NCBI GenBank assembly: GCA_040755995.1
Contig: JBFMAF010000034.1
Coordinates: 48,743 to 112,742, forward strand
Source of the DNA: Acidobacteriota bacterium
GTDB taxonomy: Bacteria; Acidobacteriota; CAIWXX01
Length of the DNA stretch: 64,000 nt
Reading direction: 5' to 3'
Shown here: positions 10,098-19,626 of the stretch, piece by piece
Position numbering within the stretch: the stretch's first letter is position 1
Layout of the letters: each line of letters starts with the position of its first letter
The notes under the pieces: model-generated
The model's database searches: none
The model's input: only the letters and a program-made list of their open reading frames with translations
What the model was told of the DNA's origin: nothing
Position numbers and translations under genes: made by a program

Positions 10098-10889
10098 ATG
10101 GCGATAGTTACGATCTCGCGCGGCACACTTAGTGGCGGCCGGCGGCTTGCGACATGCCTCGCGGCGGGGCTCGGGTATCAGGTGATCAGCCGCGAGCTGC
10201 TGGCGGAGGCGGCGCGGAGGTACGGAGTAGACGAGCAGAACCTGATCAGGGGTGTGGAGCAGCCGCCGTCGTTCTGGGAGCGGTTCCGGACAGACCGCCA
10301 GGTGTACCTGGAGGTCATCCGAGCCACTCTGTGCCAGCTTGTGAGACAGGACAATGTCGTCTACCACGGGCACGCCGGGCACATGCTGCTCCAGGGTGTC
10401 GAGCACGTGCTGCGGGTGCGGGTTATTGCGCCCATGGCCTACCGGGTGAGGGCTGCCATGGCGACTCAGGGCCTGGGTGAGAAGGAGGCCGAGGCGTACA
10501 TTCGCAGGAAGGACGAGGAGCGAGCTGCCTGGACGAGGTTTCTGCACGGGGTCGCCTGGGACGACCCCGGCCTCTACGACCTCACCTTCAACCTGGAAAA
10601 CGTTACGGTCGAGGCAGCCTGCGAAGCGATCGTGAGGATGGTGGACCGGCCGGAATTCCGGATGACCGTCGACAGCATGAGACGCCTCGAGGACTTGTAC
10701 GTCGCCAGCCATGTCCGGAGCATGCTCTTCCTCAACCCCAAGGTCGGGATGGCCGCATCCAAGATCGACGTGACGGCTTCCTCAGGTGTCGTTCGACTCT
10801 CAGGGCTGCCACCCGGCGATGTGCTTGTGGCGGAGGCTGTCCGGACTTGCCGGCAGATGCCGGAGGTCAAGGACGTGCAGGCTGGGTAA
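10098..10889 (+). CDS. Cytidylate kinase-like family protein with C-terminal BON domain
   Basis: MAIVTISRGTLSGG, VVYHGHAGH, LRVRVIAP, YDLTFN. C-terminal IDVTASSGVVRLSG (BON). Confidence 0.8.
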   Translation: MAIVTISRGTLSGGRRLATCLAAGLGYQVISRELLAEAARRYGVDEQNLIRGVEQPPSFWERFRTDRQVYLEVIRATLCQLVRQDNVVYHGHAGHMLLQGVEHVLRVRVIAPMAYRVRAAMATQGLGEKEAEAYIRRKDEERAAWTRFLHGVAWDDPGLYDLTFNLENVTVEAACEAIVRMVDRPEFRMTVDSMRRLEDLYVASHVRSMLFLNPKVGMAASKIDVTASSGVVRLSGLPPGDVLVAEAVRTCRQMPEVKDVQAG

Positions 10890-10924
10890 GGGCGCTCGAA
10901 GACCAGAACTGCCGAGGCGGCCGA

Positions 10925-10942
10925 AGTTTCCAAGAGGTAACA
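10925..10942. promoter_or_regulatory. Palindromic regulator site, copy 3 (AGTTTCC-AAGA-GGTAACA)
   Basis: Same motif, about 120 bp upstream of the aprB sigma-54 promoter, a typical enhancer distance. Confidence 0.6.
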
Positions 10943-11059
10943 TCCCATTCCGCCGGAATCGCACCGTGCCCGTCCGGCCTCGCGTGTATCTGCTTGATTT
11001 CTATCGACAATCTATGGGATCGCGGACTGGTACGGCCGTTGTCACCGACTTCAGTCCTC

Positions 11060-11075
11060 AGGCACAACTCTTGCT
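11060..11075 (+). promoter_or_regulatory. Sigma-54 -24/-12 promoter for aprBA-qmoABC-sat
   Basis: AGGCACAACTCTTGCT. Confidence 0.75.
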
Positions 11076-11300
11076 AGCGTTCATGATGCGCCGATGGCGC
11101 GCGCGGTCGCGAGTCTGCGCATGTGGAAACCTTGGAAAGGGAGGTGGTGGGCGGAGAAAGAGACGAGATCGGAGAAACTCAAGAGGGTGTTCTCCCGGCG
11201 ATCAGCACCGGTGAGAGCAGGAGTCAAACGCATTCTTTCTTAAGAAAGGGGCAAAGCGGTAACGGCGGCCAGGCCGCTTATCGCTGCGAGGAGGTAATTC

Positions 11301-11738
11301 ATGCCAAGTTACGTCAACCCGGACAAGTGTGATGGCTGCAAGGCGCTGGACAAGACCGCCTGCCAGTACATTTGCCCGAACGACCTCATGGTTTTGAACA
11401 AGGACACCATGAAGGCGTACAACCGGGAACCCGAGATGTGCTGGGAGTGCTACAACTGCGTGAAGATCTGCCCGACGCAGGCAGTCGCAGTTCGCGGCTA
11501 CGCGGACTTCGTGCCGATGGGCGCGGACGTAGTGCCGTTGCGCTCTACTGACAACATAATGTGGACGGTGAAGTTCCGCAACGGGAGCGTGAAGCGCTTC
11601 AAGTTCCCGATCCGGACCACTACAGAGGGTCAGGCAGTTCCATCCGGCGGCTGGGAAACCGCGCCATCTATCGATGGCCCAACACTGTCCAGCGAACCCG
11701 AATCCCTTGGCCTGCCCGAAGTGTGGACCAAGAAGTAG
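11301..11738 (+). CDS. aprB: Adenylylsulfate reductase beta subunit
   Basis: CDGC...CQYICPND, CWECYNCVKICP, WTVKFRNG..KRFKFPIRTT. Confidence 0.97.
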   Translation: MPSYVNPDKCDGCKALDKTACQYICPNDLMVLNKDTMKAYNREPEMCWECYNCVKICPTQAVAVRGYADFVPMGADVVPLRSTDNIMWTVKFRNGSVKRFKFPIRTTTEGQAVPSGGWETAPSIDGPTLSSEPESLGLPEVWTKK

Positions 11739-11751
11739 GTAGGAGGCGCAC

Positions 11752-13638
11752 GTGGAAGATTTTAAAACCATTGAAGTAGAAACTGACCTATTGATCCTGG
11801 GCGGCGGCATGGCGGCATGCGGAGCCGCAGTCGAAGCGGCCCACTGGGCGAAGCAGAACGGCCTGAAGGTCACGTTGGTCGACAAGGCCGCGATGGATCG
11901 CTCGGGCGCCGTTGCGATGGGCCTTTCCGCCATCAACCAGTACGTGGGCCTCAGGGACGGCCAGAACACGATCAAGGACTATGTCGACTACGTCCGGAAC
12001 GACCTCATGGGCATCACTCGTGAGGATCTCGTAGCCAACATCGCCCGTCACGTCGACTCGACGGTGCACCTGTTCGAGAAGTGGGGCCTGCCGATCTGGA
12101 AAGACGAGAAAGGTGCGTACGTGCACGAGGGCCGTTGGCAGCTCATGATCAACGGCGAGTCGTACAAGGTCGTCGTGGCCGAGGCGGCCAAGAACGCGAT
12201 CGGCAAAGAGAACGTCTACGAGCGCGTGTTCATCGTCGGCCCGATCATGGACGGCGACAGGTGTGCCGGCGCTTACGGGTTCTCGGTCCGCGATAATACG
12301 TTCTACGTGTTCAAGGCCAAGGCCGTCATCGCGACTATGGGCGGCGCAGTGCACGTGTTCAAGCCTCGGTCCTCCGGTGAAGGCCAGGGCCGTGCTTGGT
12401 ATCCGCCGTGGAACGCCGGCGCGTCTGCTTACTTCACGCTGGCTGCCGGCGCCGAGATGACCTGCCAGGAAGTGCGCTTCATCCCGGTCCGGTTCAAGGA
12501 TGCGTACGGCCCGGTGGGTGCGTGGTTCCTGCTGTTCAAGTCGCGCGCAACCAACGCGTTGGGCGAGAACTACATGGAAACGCGCAAGCCCGAGCTCGAC
12601 AAGTGGAAGCCGTACGGCCTCGTGAAGCCGACCCCGGCGAACCTCCGCAACTACCTCGGCATGCTCGATGTGATGGAGGGCAAGGGCCCGATCTACATGA
12701 GAACCGAGGAGGCCATCCAGAAGATCGCCGCGACATCCGGTGACGAGAAGGCCGCGAAGAAGAAGCTGAAGGAGCTCGATTCCGAGGCGTGGGAGGACTT
12801 CCTCGACATGACGATCTCCCAGGCCATCCTTTGGGCAGCCACCAACGTGTCGCCGGAGGAGAAGCCGTCGGAGATCGCGGCCGCTGAGCCGTATTTCATC
12901 GGCTCGCACTCGGGCGCCAGCGGCGCGTGGGTGAGCGGTCCCGAGGACATCCAGAACGACACGTCCAAGAAGGACTACTTCTGGGGCTACGACCACATGT
13001 CCACGGTGAAAGGTCTGTTCTGCGCGGGTGACGCTTCCGGCGCATCCTCGCACAAGTTCTCCTCCGGCTCGCACGCCGAAGGCAGAATCGTAGGCAAGGC
13101 GGCGATGCGGTACATCCTGAAAGAGAAGCCGGCGGCGCCCGCCGTCACGGCTGATATCGTCGCGAAGCTGAAGGAGCAGACCTACAAGCCGCTGAAGAAC
13201 TACGAGGACAACGTCAAACTCACGACGCAGAACGACGTCAACCCCAACTACATCCGTCCAAAGATGTTCATGATGCGCTTGCAGAAGATGATGGACGAGT
13301 ACGCGGGCGGCGTGACGGCTCAGTTCACCACGTCCGAATCCATGCTCAAGAGGGCGCTCGAGCTCCTGGCCTACCTGAAGGAAGACTCGGACAAGCTCGG
13401 TGCCGCGGACCTGCACGAGCTGCAGAGGGCCTGGGAGAACTACCATCGTATGTTCCAGGCCGAAGCGCACGTGCGATCGATTCTCTTCCGCGAAGAGACC
13501 CGTTGGCCCGGGTACTACTTCCGCTCAGACAAGCCGAAGATGGACCCGAACTGGGAGTGCTTCGTCAACTGCATCTACGACGCCAAGACCGGCGATTGGA
13601 AGATGTTGAAGCGACCCATTCACCACATCTTCACGTAG
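11752..13638 (+). CDS. aprA: Adenylylsulfate reductase alpha subunit
   Basis: GTG start after AGGAGG. RSGAVAMGLSAIN, WQLMINGESYK, RFKDAYGPVGAWF, HKFSSGS. Confidence 0.97.
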   Translation: MEDFKTIEVETDLLILGGGMAACGAAVEAAHWAKQNGLKVTLVDKAAMDRSGAVAMGLSAINQYVGLRDGQNTIKDYVDYVRNDLMGITREDLVANIARHVDSTVHLFEKWGLPIWKDEKGAYVHEGRWQLMINGESYKVVVAEAAKNAIGKENVYERVFIVGPIMDGDRCAGAYGFSVRDNTFYVFKAKAVIATMGGAVHVFKPRSSGEGQGRAWYPPWNAGASAYFTLAAGAEMTCQEVRFIPVRFKDAYGPVGAWFLLFKSRATNALGENYMETRKPELDKWKPYGLVKPTPANLRNYLGMLDVMEGKGPIYMRTEEAIQKIAATSGDEKAAKKKLKELDSEAWEDFLDMTISQAILWAATNVSPEEKPSEIAAAEPYFIGSHSGASGAWVSGPEDIQNDTSKKDYFWGYDHMSTVKGLFCAGDASGASSHKFSSGSHAEGRIVGKAAMRYILKEKPAAPAVTADIVAKLKEQTYKPLKNYEDNVKLTTQNDVNPNYIRPKMFMMRLQKMMDEYAGGVTAQFTTSESMLKRALELLAYLKEDSDKLGAADLHELQRAWENYHRMFQAEAHVRSILFREETRWPGYYFRSDKPKMDPNWECFVNCIYDAKTGDWKMLKRPIHHIFT

Positions 13639-13721
13639 GATCGACTGCGGGTGGTCGTCAGTAGCACTGATACACGCTCCGGGCGCAACTGCGCCCGGAG
13701 CGCGACCCCCACGAGGGAACT

Positions 13722-14048
13722 ATGGCTGAGACCAAGCACGACCTGAAGTGCCCCCACTGCGGCCAGATGCTGAGCCCGTTCGGGCTGCCCGAGAGCGGCG
13801 GTTGGGAGTTGCCATTTCAGTTGGCGTGTTTCAACGATGAGTGTTCTTATTACTCCCGGGGCTGGGGATGGATGTTCGAGCGGTTCGGGGTGAGGGCATC
13901 CTACCGCTACCGGGTGGATCCCGTTTCCGGACAGGCTTCCCCGCTTCCGGTGTGGTCCCCTACTGCACTGCGGGACCGAATTCTGGACGACGACACCCTC
14001 GAGAACATCCTTTCTACCCAGGACGTGATCCCTGAACAGAACTGCTAG
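13722..14048 (+). CDS. Small Cys-rich (zinc-ribbon-like) hypothetical protein
   Basis: CPHC...CFNDECSYY motif, RBS GAGGGA, located inside the apr-qmo operon. Confidence 0.7.
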   Translation: MAETKHDLKCPHCGQMLSPFGLPESGGWELPFQLACFNDECSYYSRGWGWMFERFGVRASYRYRVDPVSGQASPLPVWSPTALRDRILDDDTLENILSTQDVIPEQNC

Positions 14049-14084
14049 CTCGGGCGCGTTCCGCGGGAACTGGTACATCTAGAC

Positions 14085-14891
14085 ATGAGCACACAAGCCG
14101 GCGCCCTGCCCGAGGCCCTGCGTAGCCAGAGGCAACTCGGCGCAGACGAGCGCTTCACTTTCGCTTGCCATCCGGGTCTCCGTTGTTTCACGCGCTGCTG
14201 TGCGGACATCAACATCCTGCTGACGCCGCTCGACGTGCTGCGGCTCGCCCGGAGACGCGGGATGACGACCCGTGAGTTCCTTGACACCCATACTCTGACG
14301 CCGATAACGAAAGAGCTGCATCTACCCGTCGTCATGTTGCGCATGGGAGCCGACCCGGAGCGTCGCTGCCCATTTGTGCATCCGGAGACGGGTTGCACGG
14401 TCTACGATGAGCGGCCGTGGGCGTGCCGCATGTATCCGCTGGGCATGGCATTGCCTCCGGCGCGTGCCGGTGTAGAACCGCAGCCGCTTTACGTCATGTT
14501 CGAGGAGGACTTCTGCCTGGGACGTGGCGAGAAGCGGGAGTGGACGGTCAATCGATGGCGGAACGATCAAGGTATCGTGGCACACGACGAGATCGAGGCC
14601 GGGTTCCGCGAGATCGTCTCACACCCCTGGTTCATAGGCGGTCGGCAGCTGGACCCGAAGCGGATGGAGATGTACTTCACCGGCTGCTACGACCTCGACA
14701 CTTTCCGGAGCTTCATCTTCGAGTCCACGTTTCTTCGTAGATTCGAGCTCGACGAAGCCCTGGTCGAGAAGCTCCGGACCGACGATATGGAACTATTCCG
14801 GTTTGCCTTTCGCTGGCTCCGCTACGCCCTCTTCGGCGAACCGACAATGAAGGTACGGCCTGATGCGCCGTCATCCCGGAGGAATAAATGA
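14085..14891 (+). CDS. YkgJ family (CxxCxxCC-type) Fe-S/Zn cluster protein
   Basis: FACHPGLRCFTRCC, LTPLD, CPFV...GCTVYDERPWACRMYP. Overlaps the qmoA start. Confidence 0.82.
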   Translation: MSTQAGALPEALRSQRQLGADERFTFACHPGLRCFTRCCADINILLTPLDVLRLARRRGMTTREFLDTHTLTPITKELHLPVVMLRMGADPERRCPFVHPETGCTVYDERPWACRMYPLGMALPPARAGVEPQPLYVMFEEDFCLGRGEKREWTVNRWRNDQGIVAHDEIEAGFREIVSHPWFIGGRQLDPKRMEMYFTGCYDLDTFRSFIFESTFLRRFELDEALVEKLRTDDMELFRFAFRWLRYALFGEPTMKVRPDAPSSRRNK

Positions 14892-16144
14892 ACCCATCCA
14901 AACCGCTGCCCCTGCTCGTGCTCGGGGCAGGCATCGCCGGCATCACGGCAGCGCTGGAGGCCGCCGAGGCCGGCCGCGACGTGGTGCTGGTCGAGGCCGA
15001 GCCTGCCGTGGGCGGCCGCGTGCTTCGCAATCACCTCTACTTCCCGAAGCTCTGTCCCCCATCGTGCGGGATGGAGATCAACGTTCGCCGGCTCGAACGG
15101 AACCCACGCATCAGGGTCCTGGTCCGGACGAACGTCGGCAAGGCGACTTCGACTCCGGACGGCTGGCTGGTGACGCTGAACCAGGCCCCCGCTTACATCA
15201 ATGATCGCTGTACGATGTGCGGAGTCTGCAGCGAGGCATGCCCCGCCAAGGTCTCCGATCCGTTCAACCTGGGCATGAAGCAGGTGCCGGCCATTCGAAT
15301 ACCTCATCCCAGTGCGTGGCCGCGTCGCTTCGTGATGGATCGCAAGGCCTGCCCGGCAGATTGCAAGGCCTGCGTGGATGCGTGCAAGTACAACGCGATC
15401 GACCTGAATGCGTCGCCGCTGGAGGAGACGGTCGAGGTCTCCGCCGTCGTGATCGCAACGGGGTGGCATCCTTACCCGATCGAGAAGCTCACGGAGCTCG
15501 GAGGCGGAACCCTGCCCGACGTGATCGCGAATGTCCAGATGGAGCGGCTGGTGTCGCCGGCGGGCCCTACAGCCGGCAAGATCCAGCGGCCGTCCGACGG
15601 CCGGACGCCCAAGCGCGTCGCTTTCGTACAGTGCGCAGGCTCGAGGGACGTGAACCACCTCCCGTACTGCTCCGCTGTCTGCTGCCTGGCATCACTGAAG
15701 CAGGCGCTGTACGTCCACGACCAACTGCCCGAGACCGAGGTCACCATCTATTACATCGATCGCCGTGCGCCGGGCCGCAACGAAGATGTCCTGACTCGCG
15801 TGGCGGCGACATCCGGCGTGAAGCTCGTCAAGGGCAAGGTCGGCAAGATCGAGCGCGGGTCGGGCGGCGCTTTGAAGTTGAGCGTGGAGGACGTGGAGTC
15901 CGGGCGGCTGGCCGACGCCCAGGCCGACCTAGTCGTGCTCGCCACCGGAATGGTGCCCAACGTGCGCACCGACCAGCTCCCATTCGGTCTCACCAATGAC
16001 GATGATGGATTCGGGCTGGACAACATGGAGAGGCGGGTCGTCGTCGCGGGCGTTTCGCGGCGCCCGGAAGATGTGGCTGCGTCTGTCAGAGACGCCACCG
16101 GGGCCGCTGCGAAGGCCATGGTCGCGGCCGGAAGGAGAGCATAG
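14888..16144 (+). CDS. qmoA: Quinone-interacting membrane-bound oxidoreductase QmoA
   Basis: HdrA-like: YFPKLCPPSCG, FVQCAGSRD, YCSAVCCLASLKQ. Confidence 0.93.
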   Translation: MNPSKPLPLLVLGAGIAGITAALEAAEAGRDVVLVEAEPAVGGRVLRNHLYFPKLCPPSCGMEINVRRLERNPRIRVLVRTNVGKATSTPDGWLVTLNQAPAYINDRCTMCGVCSEACPAKVSDPFNLGMKQVPAIRIPHPSAWPRRFVMDRKACPADCKACVDACKYNAIDLNASPLEETVEVSAVVIATGWHPYPIEKLTELGGGTLPDVIANVQMERLVSPAGPTAGKIQRPSDGRTPKRVAFVQCAGSRDVNHLPYCSAVCCLASLKQALYVHDQLPETEVTIYYIDRRAPGRNEDVLTRVAATSGVKLVKGKVGKIERGSGGALKLSVEDVESGRLADAQADLVVLATGMVPNVRTDQLPFGLTNDDDGFGLDNMERRVVVAGVSRRPEDVAASVRDATGAAAKAMVAAGRRA

Positions 16145-18391
16145 ATGCAGAAGTTCGGCGTTTTCATTTGCACCGGTTGCGGCATCGGCGAGGCGATCAA
16201 GGTCGATCCACTCGCCGCCAAGGCGAAGAAGGCCGGCGCAGTTGTCTGCACGACCCATCCGTGCTTGTGTGCGCCGGAGGGCGTCGCGGCGATACGATCG
16301 ACGCTCCAGGGCGGAGCGGCTGAAGGGGTACTGCTTGCCGCGTGCTCGATCCGAGCGAAGTCCGAGGAGTTCAGGTTCGATCCGGCGCAGGCGGCGGTAG
16401 AGCGGGTCAGCCTGCGGGAACAGTGCGTCTGGTCGCACCCGGCAGGTGACGAGAATACGCAGATGCTGGCCGAAGACCTCATGGCCATGGGCCTTGCCAA
16501 GATCGCCAAGATCAGCGTCCCCAAACCACTAACGGAGACTATCGAGCACACGGTGTTGGTGGTCGGAGGCGGGATCGCCGGACTGGAGGCCGCCAGGGCG
16601 GCTGCGGGTGTAGGCCACCCAGTGGTCCTCGTCGAGGCGAAGGACAAGGTTGGAGGTCACCTGGCGAGTATCAAGGACATGGTGCCGGAGCATCCCCCGT
16701 ACGACGTCGTTCACCCCAATCGAGTCACTGAGCTGGCCGCCCAGGTGAGCGCCCACCCTCAGATCCGCATCCTGACGTCGGCGAAGATCCGGAGCATCGC
16801 GGGCCAGCCCGGTCAGTTCCAGGTCGAGGTCGATACGCCGATCGGAGCCCTGTCGTTCACAGCCGGCGCGATCGTCCAGGCCACGGGCGCGCGACCATAC
16901 GACGCGCGCAAGCTCGCGCACCTCGGATACAGCCAGTCCCCCAACGTGGTCACGTCGCAGGAGCTCGATGGGATGCTCGGCGCCGGTAAGCTCGCCCGCC
17001 CCTCTGACGGCAAGTTGCCCGAGCACATCGTCTTTGTCCAGTGCGCGGGCTCGCGCGATCCGCAGCACCTCCCGTACTGCTCCTCCGAGTGCTGCGGGAA
17101 CACGCTCAGGCAGGTTGCGGCGATCCACCGCGACTACCCGAAGGTCGAGACCGCCGTGGTCTACCGCGACATGAGAACACCGGGGCAGCTCGAAAGATTC
17201 TACCTCGCTGTTCAGTCGCAGCCCAACGGTATGTTCACACGGGGCGAGGTCGAGAAGGTCGAGGGCAACGGTCACCTGAAGGTCTATCTGCGCGAGAGCC
17301 TGCTCGGCGACGGCGTCGCGCTTGACGCCGACCTGGTCGTTCTCGCCGTGGGCATGGTGCCGAACACGGCAGACGGCGAAGCTGTCCGCACGCTGCACGA
17401 CGCGCAGAAGCGCGCCGCCACGGGAGACTCGGAGGTGCAGAAGGCCGAGGCCGCGAAGTTGGCCGCCTCTCTCATCCATCATGGGGGCACTGAGATCCTG
17501 AACCTTGGCTACCGCCAGGGCCCGGACCTCCCTATCCTCAAGTACATGTTCCACGACTCGCACTTCATCTGTTTCCCGTACGAGACACGCCGTACCGGCG
17601 TTTACGTGGCTGGATCGGCGCATGCCCCGATGGATGCTGCACAGGCGGCAGAAGACGGATGGGGCGCGGCGATGAAGGCCGTACAGTGCATCGCGGCGGC
17701 GTGGCGAGGCGAGGCCGTTCACCCGCGCGCGGGTGACATCACGATCCCCGACTTCTTCCTGCAGCGCTGCACGCAGTGCAAGCGATGCACCGAAGAGTGC
17801 CCGTTCGGCACGCTGAACGAGGATGTGAAGGGCACGCCGCAGCCTAATCCTTTGCGCTGCCGACGGTGCGGTATCTGCATGGGCGCGTGTCCCGAGCGGA
17901 TTGTCTCGTTTGCCGACTACTCGGTTGATGCCATCTCCTCGATGATCAAGGCGATGGAGGTGCCGGAGGAGGACGAGGAGAAGCCGCGCATAGTCGCTTT
18001 CCTGTGCGAGAACGATGCGGTGCCCGCCCTGGACGTGGCGGCCAGCCAGCGCCGGAGCTGGAACCCGTGGGTCCGGGTGATCCCGTTGAGGTGCCTCGGG
18101 TCCATGAACATCGTCTGGATCGCGGATGCGCTGTCGAGGGGCATCGACGGAGTCATTCTCATCGGCTGCAAACGTGGGGATGACTACCAGTGCCACTTCG
18201 TCAAGGGCTCCGAGCTGGCCAACACGAGGCTCAGCAACGTTCAGGAGACCCTCCAGCGCCTCCAGCTCGAGAAGGAGCGCATCCAGGTGGTCGAGCTGGC
18301 GCATGACGAGTACCACAGAATCACGGACGTTCTCGATGAGTTCGCCGGTGTCATCGAGAAGGTCGGCCCGAATCCGATGAAGGGATTCTGA
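16145..18391 (+). CDS. qmoB: QmoB (HdrA-like plus ferredoxin plus MvhD domain)
   Basis: ICFPYETRRTG, CTQCKRCTEECPFG, CRRCGICMGACP, C-terminal GCKRGDDYQCHF. Confidence 0.95.
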   Translation: MQKFGVFICTGCGIGEAIKVDPLAAKAKKAGAVVCTTHPCLCAPEGVAAIRSTLQGGAAEGVLLAACSIRAKSEEFRFDPAQAAVERVSLREQCVWSHPAGDENTQMLAEDLMAMGLAKIAKISVPKPLTETIEHTVLVVGGGIAGLEAARAAAGVGHPVVLVEAKDKVGGHLASIKDMVPEHPPYDVVHPNRVTELAAQVSAHPQIRILTSAKIRSIAGQPGQFQVEVDTPIGALSFTAGAIVQATGARPYDARKLAHLGYSQSPNVVTSQELDGMLGAGKLARPSDGKLPEHIVFVQCAGSRDPQHLPYCSSECCGNTLRQVAAIHRDYPKVETAVVYRDMRTPGQLERFYLAVQSQPNGMFTRGEVEKVEGNGHLKVYLRESLLGDGVALDADLVVLAVGMVPNTADGEAVRTLHDAQKRAATGDSEVQKAEAAKLAASLIHHGGTEILNLGYRQGPDLPILKYMFHDSHFICFPYETRRTGVYVAGSAHAPMDAAQAAEDGWGAAMKAVQCIAAAWRGEAVHPRAGDITIPDFFLQRCTQCKRCTEECPFGTLNEDVKGTPQPNPLRCRRCGICMGACPERIVSFADYSVDAISSMIKAMEVPEEDEEKPRIVAFLCENDAVPALDVAASQRRSWNPWVRVIPLRCLGSMNIVWIADALSRGIDGVILIGCKRGDDYQCHFVKGSELANTRLSNVQETLQRLQLEKERIQVVELAHDEYHRITDVLDEFAGVIEKVGPNPMKGF

Positions 18392-18415
18392 TGAAGTTTG
18401 GAGGTTAAGGGAGAC

Positions 18416-19552
18416 ATGGCATCTGTTCCAGTGTTCGCTCCATCCTCGACATTCCGTGACGAGCTGCGGCGCCGGGGAGGCGAGACGGCGCTCCGGTGCT
18501 ACCAGTGTGCGACATGTTCGAGCGTCTGCGAGCTGGCCCCCGCCGAAGCTCCATTTCCGCGTCGCCAGATGCTTTGGGCGCAGTGGGGACTGGCGGACCG
18601 GATAGCGGCGGACCCGTCGGTCTGGCTTTGTCACCAGTGCAACGATTGTACTCAGCGATGCCCGCGAGACGCGAAACCTGGTGACGTGCTTTCCGTGGTT
18701 CGCGCGCTGACCATCGAGAAGCTGGCGTTCCCGCGGTTCGTGGGGAGCCTTGTCGGGAAGGTCCGTGTGACGTGGCCGTTGGTTCTCGGCATCCCCATCC
18801 TGTTCTGGGTCCTCCTGCTCATGGCGGTGAACGGCCTGCAGGTGCCGCAGGACTTCCGGGCGTACGAGCAGTTCGTGCCGCACTGGTTGCTGTACGCGGT
18901 CTATTTTCCCGTGGTGGGCTGGGTGGTATTGGCGAGCTGGGTGAGCGGCCGCCGATTCTGGTCGCTGCTTGGACTGGGGGCCTCGCGCAACGGATCCTTC
19001 CTGGGGCATCTATGGCCGGCGCTGATGGAGGTCGGCACGCACAAGCGCTTCGGCAACTGCACCGCTGCGCGTCCGCGCAAGATCGCCCACCTTGCGCTGC
19101 TGTGGGGCTTCGTCGGCGCGGCAGTGACATCGGGGCTTCTGATCATGGCGATCTACGTCCAGGGCATGACGCTCGACAACGGGCAGATGCCGCTCTCTCT
19201 GTGGCACCCGTACAAGATCCTCGGCAACATCTCGGCGGTATTGCTCGTTGTCGGTGGGGTGCTGCTGGTGGCGAACCGGTTGCAAGACGGAGTCCGCTCC
19301 GGTGCCTCGACAGCATTCGACTCGTTCTTCCTGACTGTTGTGGGACTCGTGATCGTGACGGGCGTACTCACCGAAGCAGGGCGATTCGGATTTACTCCGG
19401 AGCTGGCATGCGCGCTCTACGTGGTGCACCTGGGTGTGGTACTCTGCCTGTTCGTCACGTTCCCCTATTCCAAGTTCGCGCACATGCTCTACCGTACGCT
19501 GGCAATGGTTCACGCCAGGATGGCGGGCATCGTCTCACCGCGCGCCAAGTAG
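18416..19552 (+). CDS. qmoC: QmoC membrane subunit
   Basis: HdrC-like CYQCATCSSVC and CHQCNDC..CP, transmembrane helices, PYSKFAHM. Confidence 0.93.
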   Translation: MASVPVFAPSSTFRDELRRRGGETALRCYQCATCSSVCELAPAEAPFPRRQMLWAQWGLADRIAADPSVWLCHQCNDCTQRCPRDAKPGDVLSVVRALTIEKLAFPRFVGSLVGKVRVTWPLVLGIPILFWVLLLMAVNGLQVPQDFRAYEQFVPHWLLYAVYFPVVGWVVLASWVSGRRFWSLLGLGASRNGSFLGHLWPALMEVGTHKRFGNCTAARPRKIAHLALLWGFVGAAVTSGLLIMAIYVQGMTLDNGQMPLSLWHPYKILGNISAVLLVVGGVLLVANRLQDGVRSGASTAFDSFFLTVVGLVIVTGVLTEAGRFGFTPELACALYVVHLGVVLCLFVTFPYSKFAHMLYRTLAMVHARMAGIVSPRAK

Positions 19553-19626
19553 AGCGCTGCCCAGGTGACGACGCGACAATGCAATGAATCTCGCGAGATA
19601 ATCTCAACGTAAAAGGAGGAGTACTC

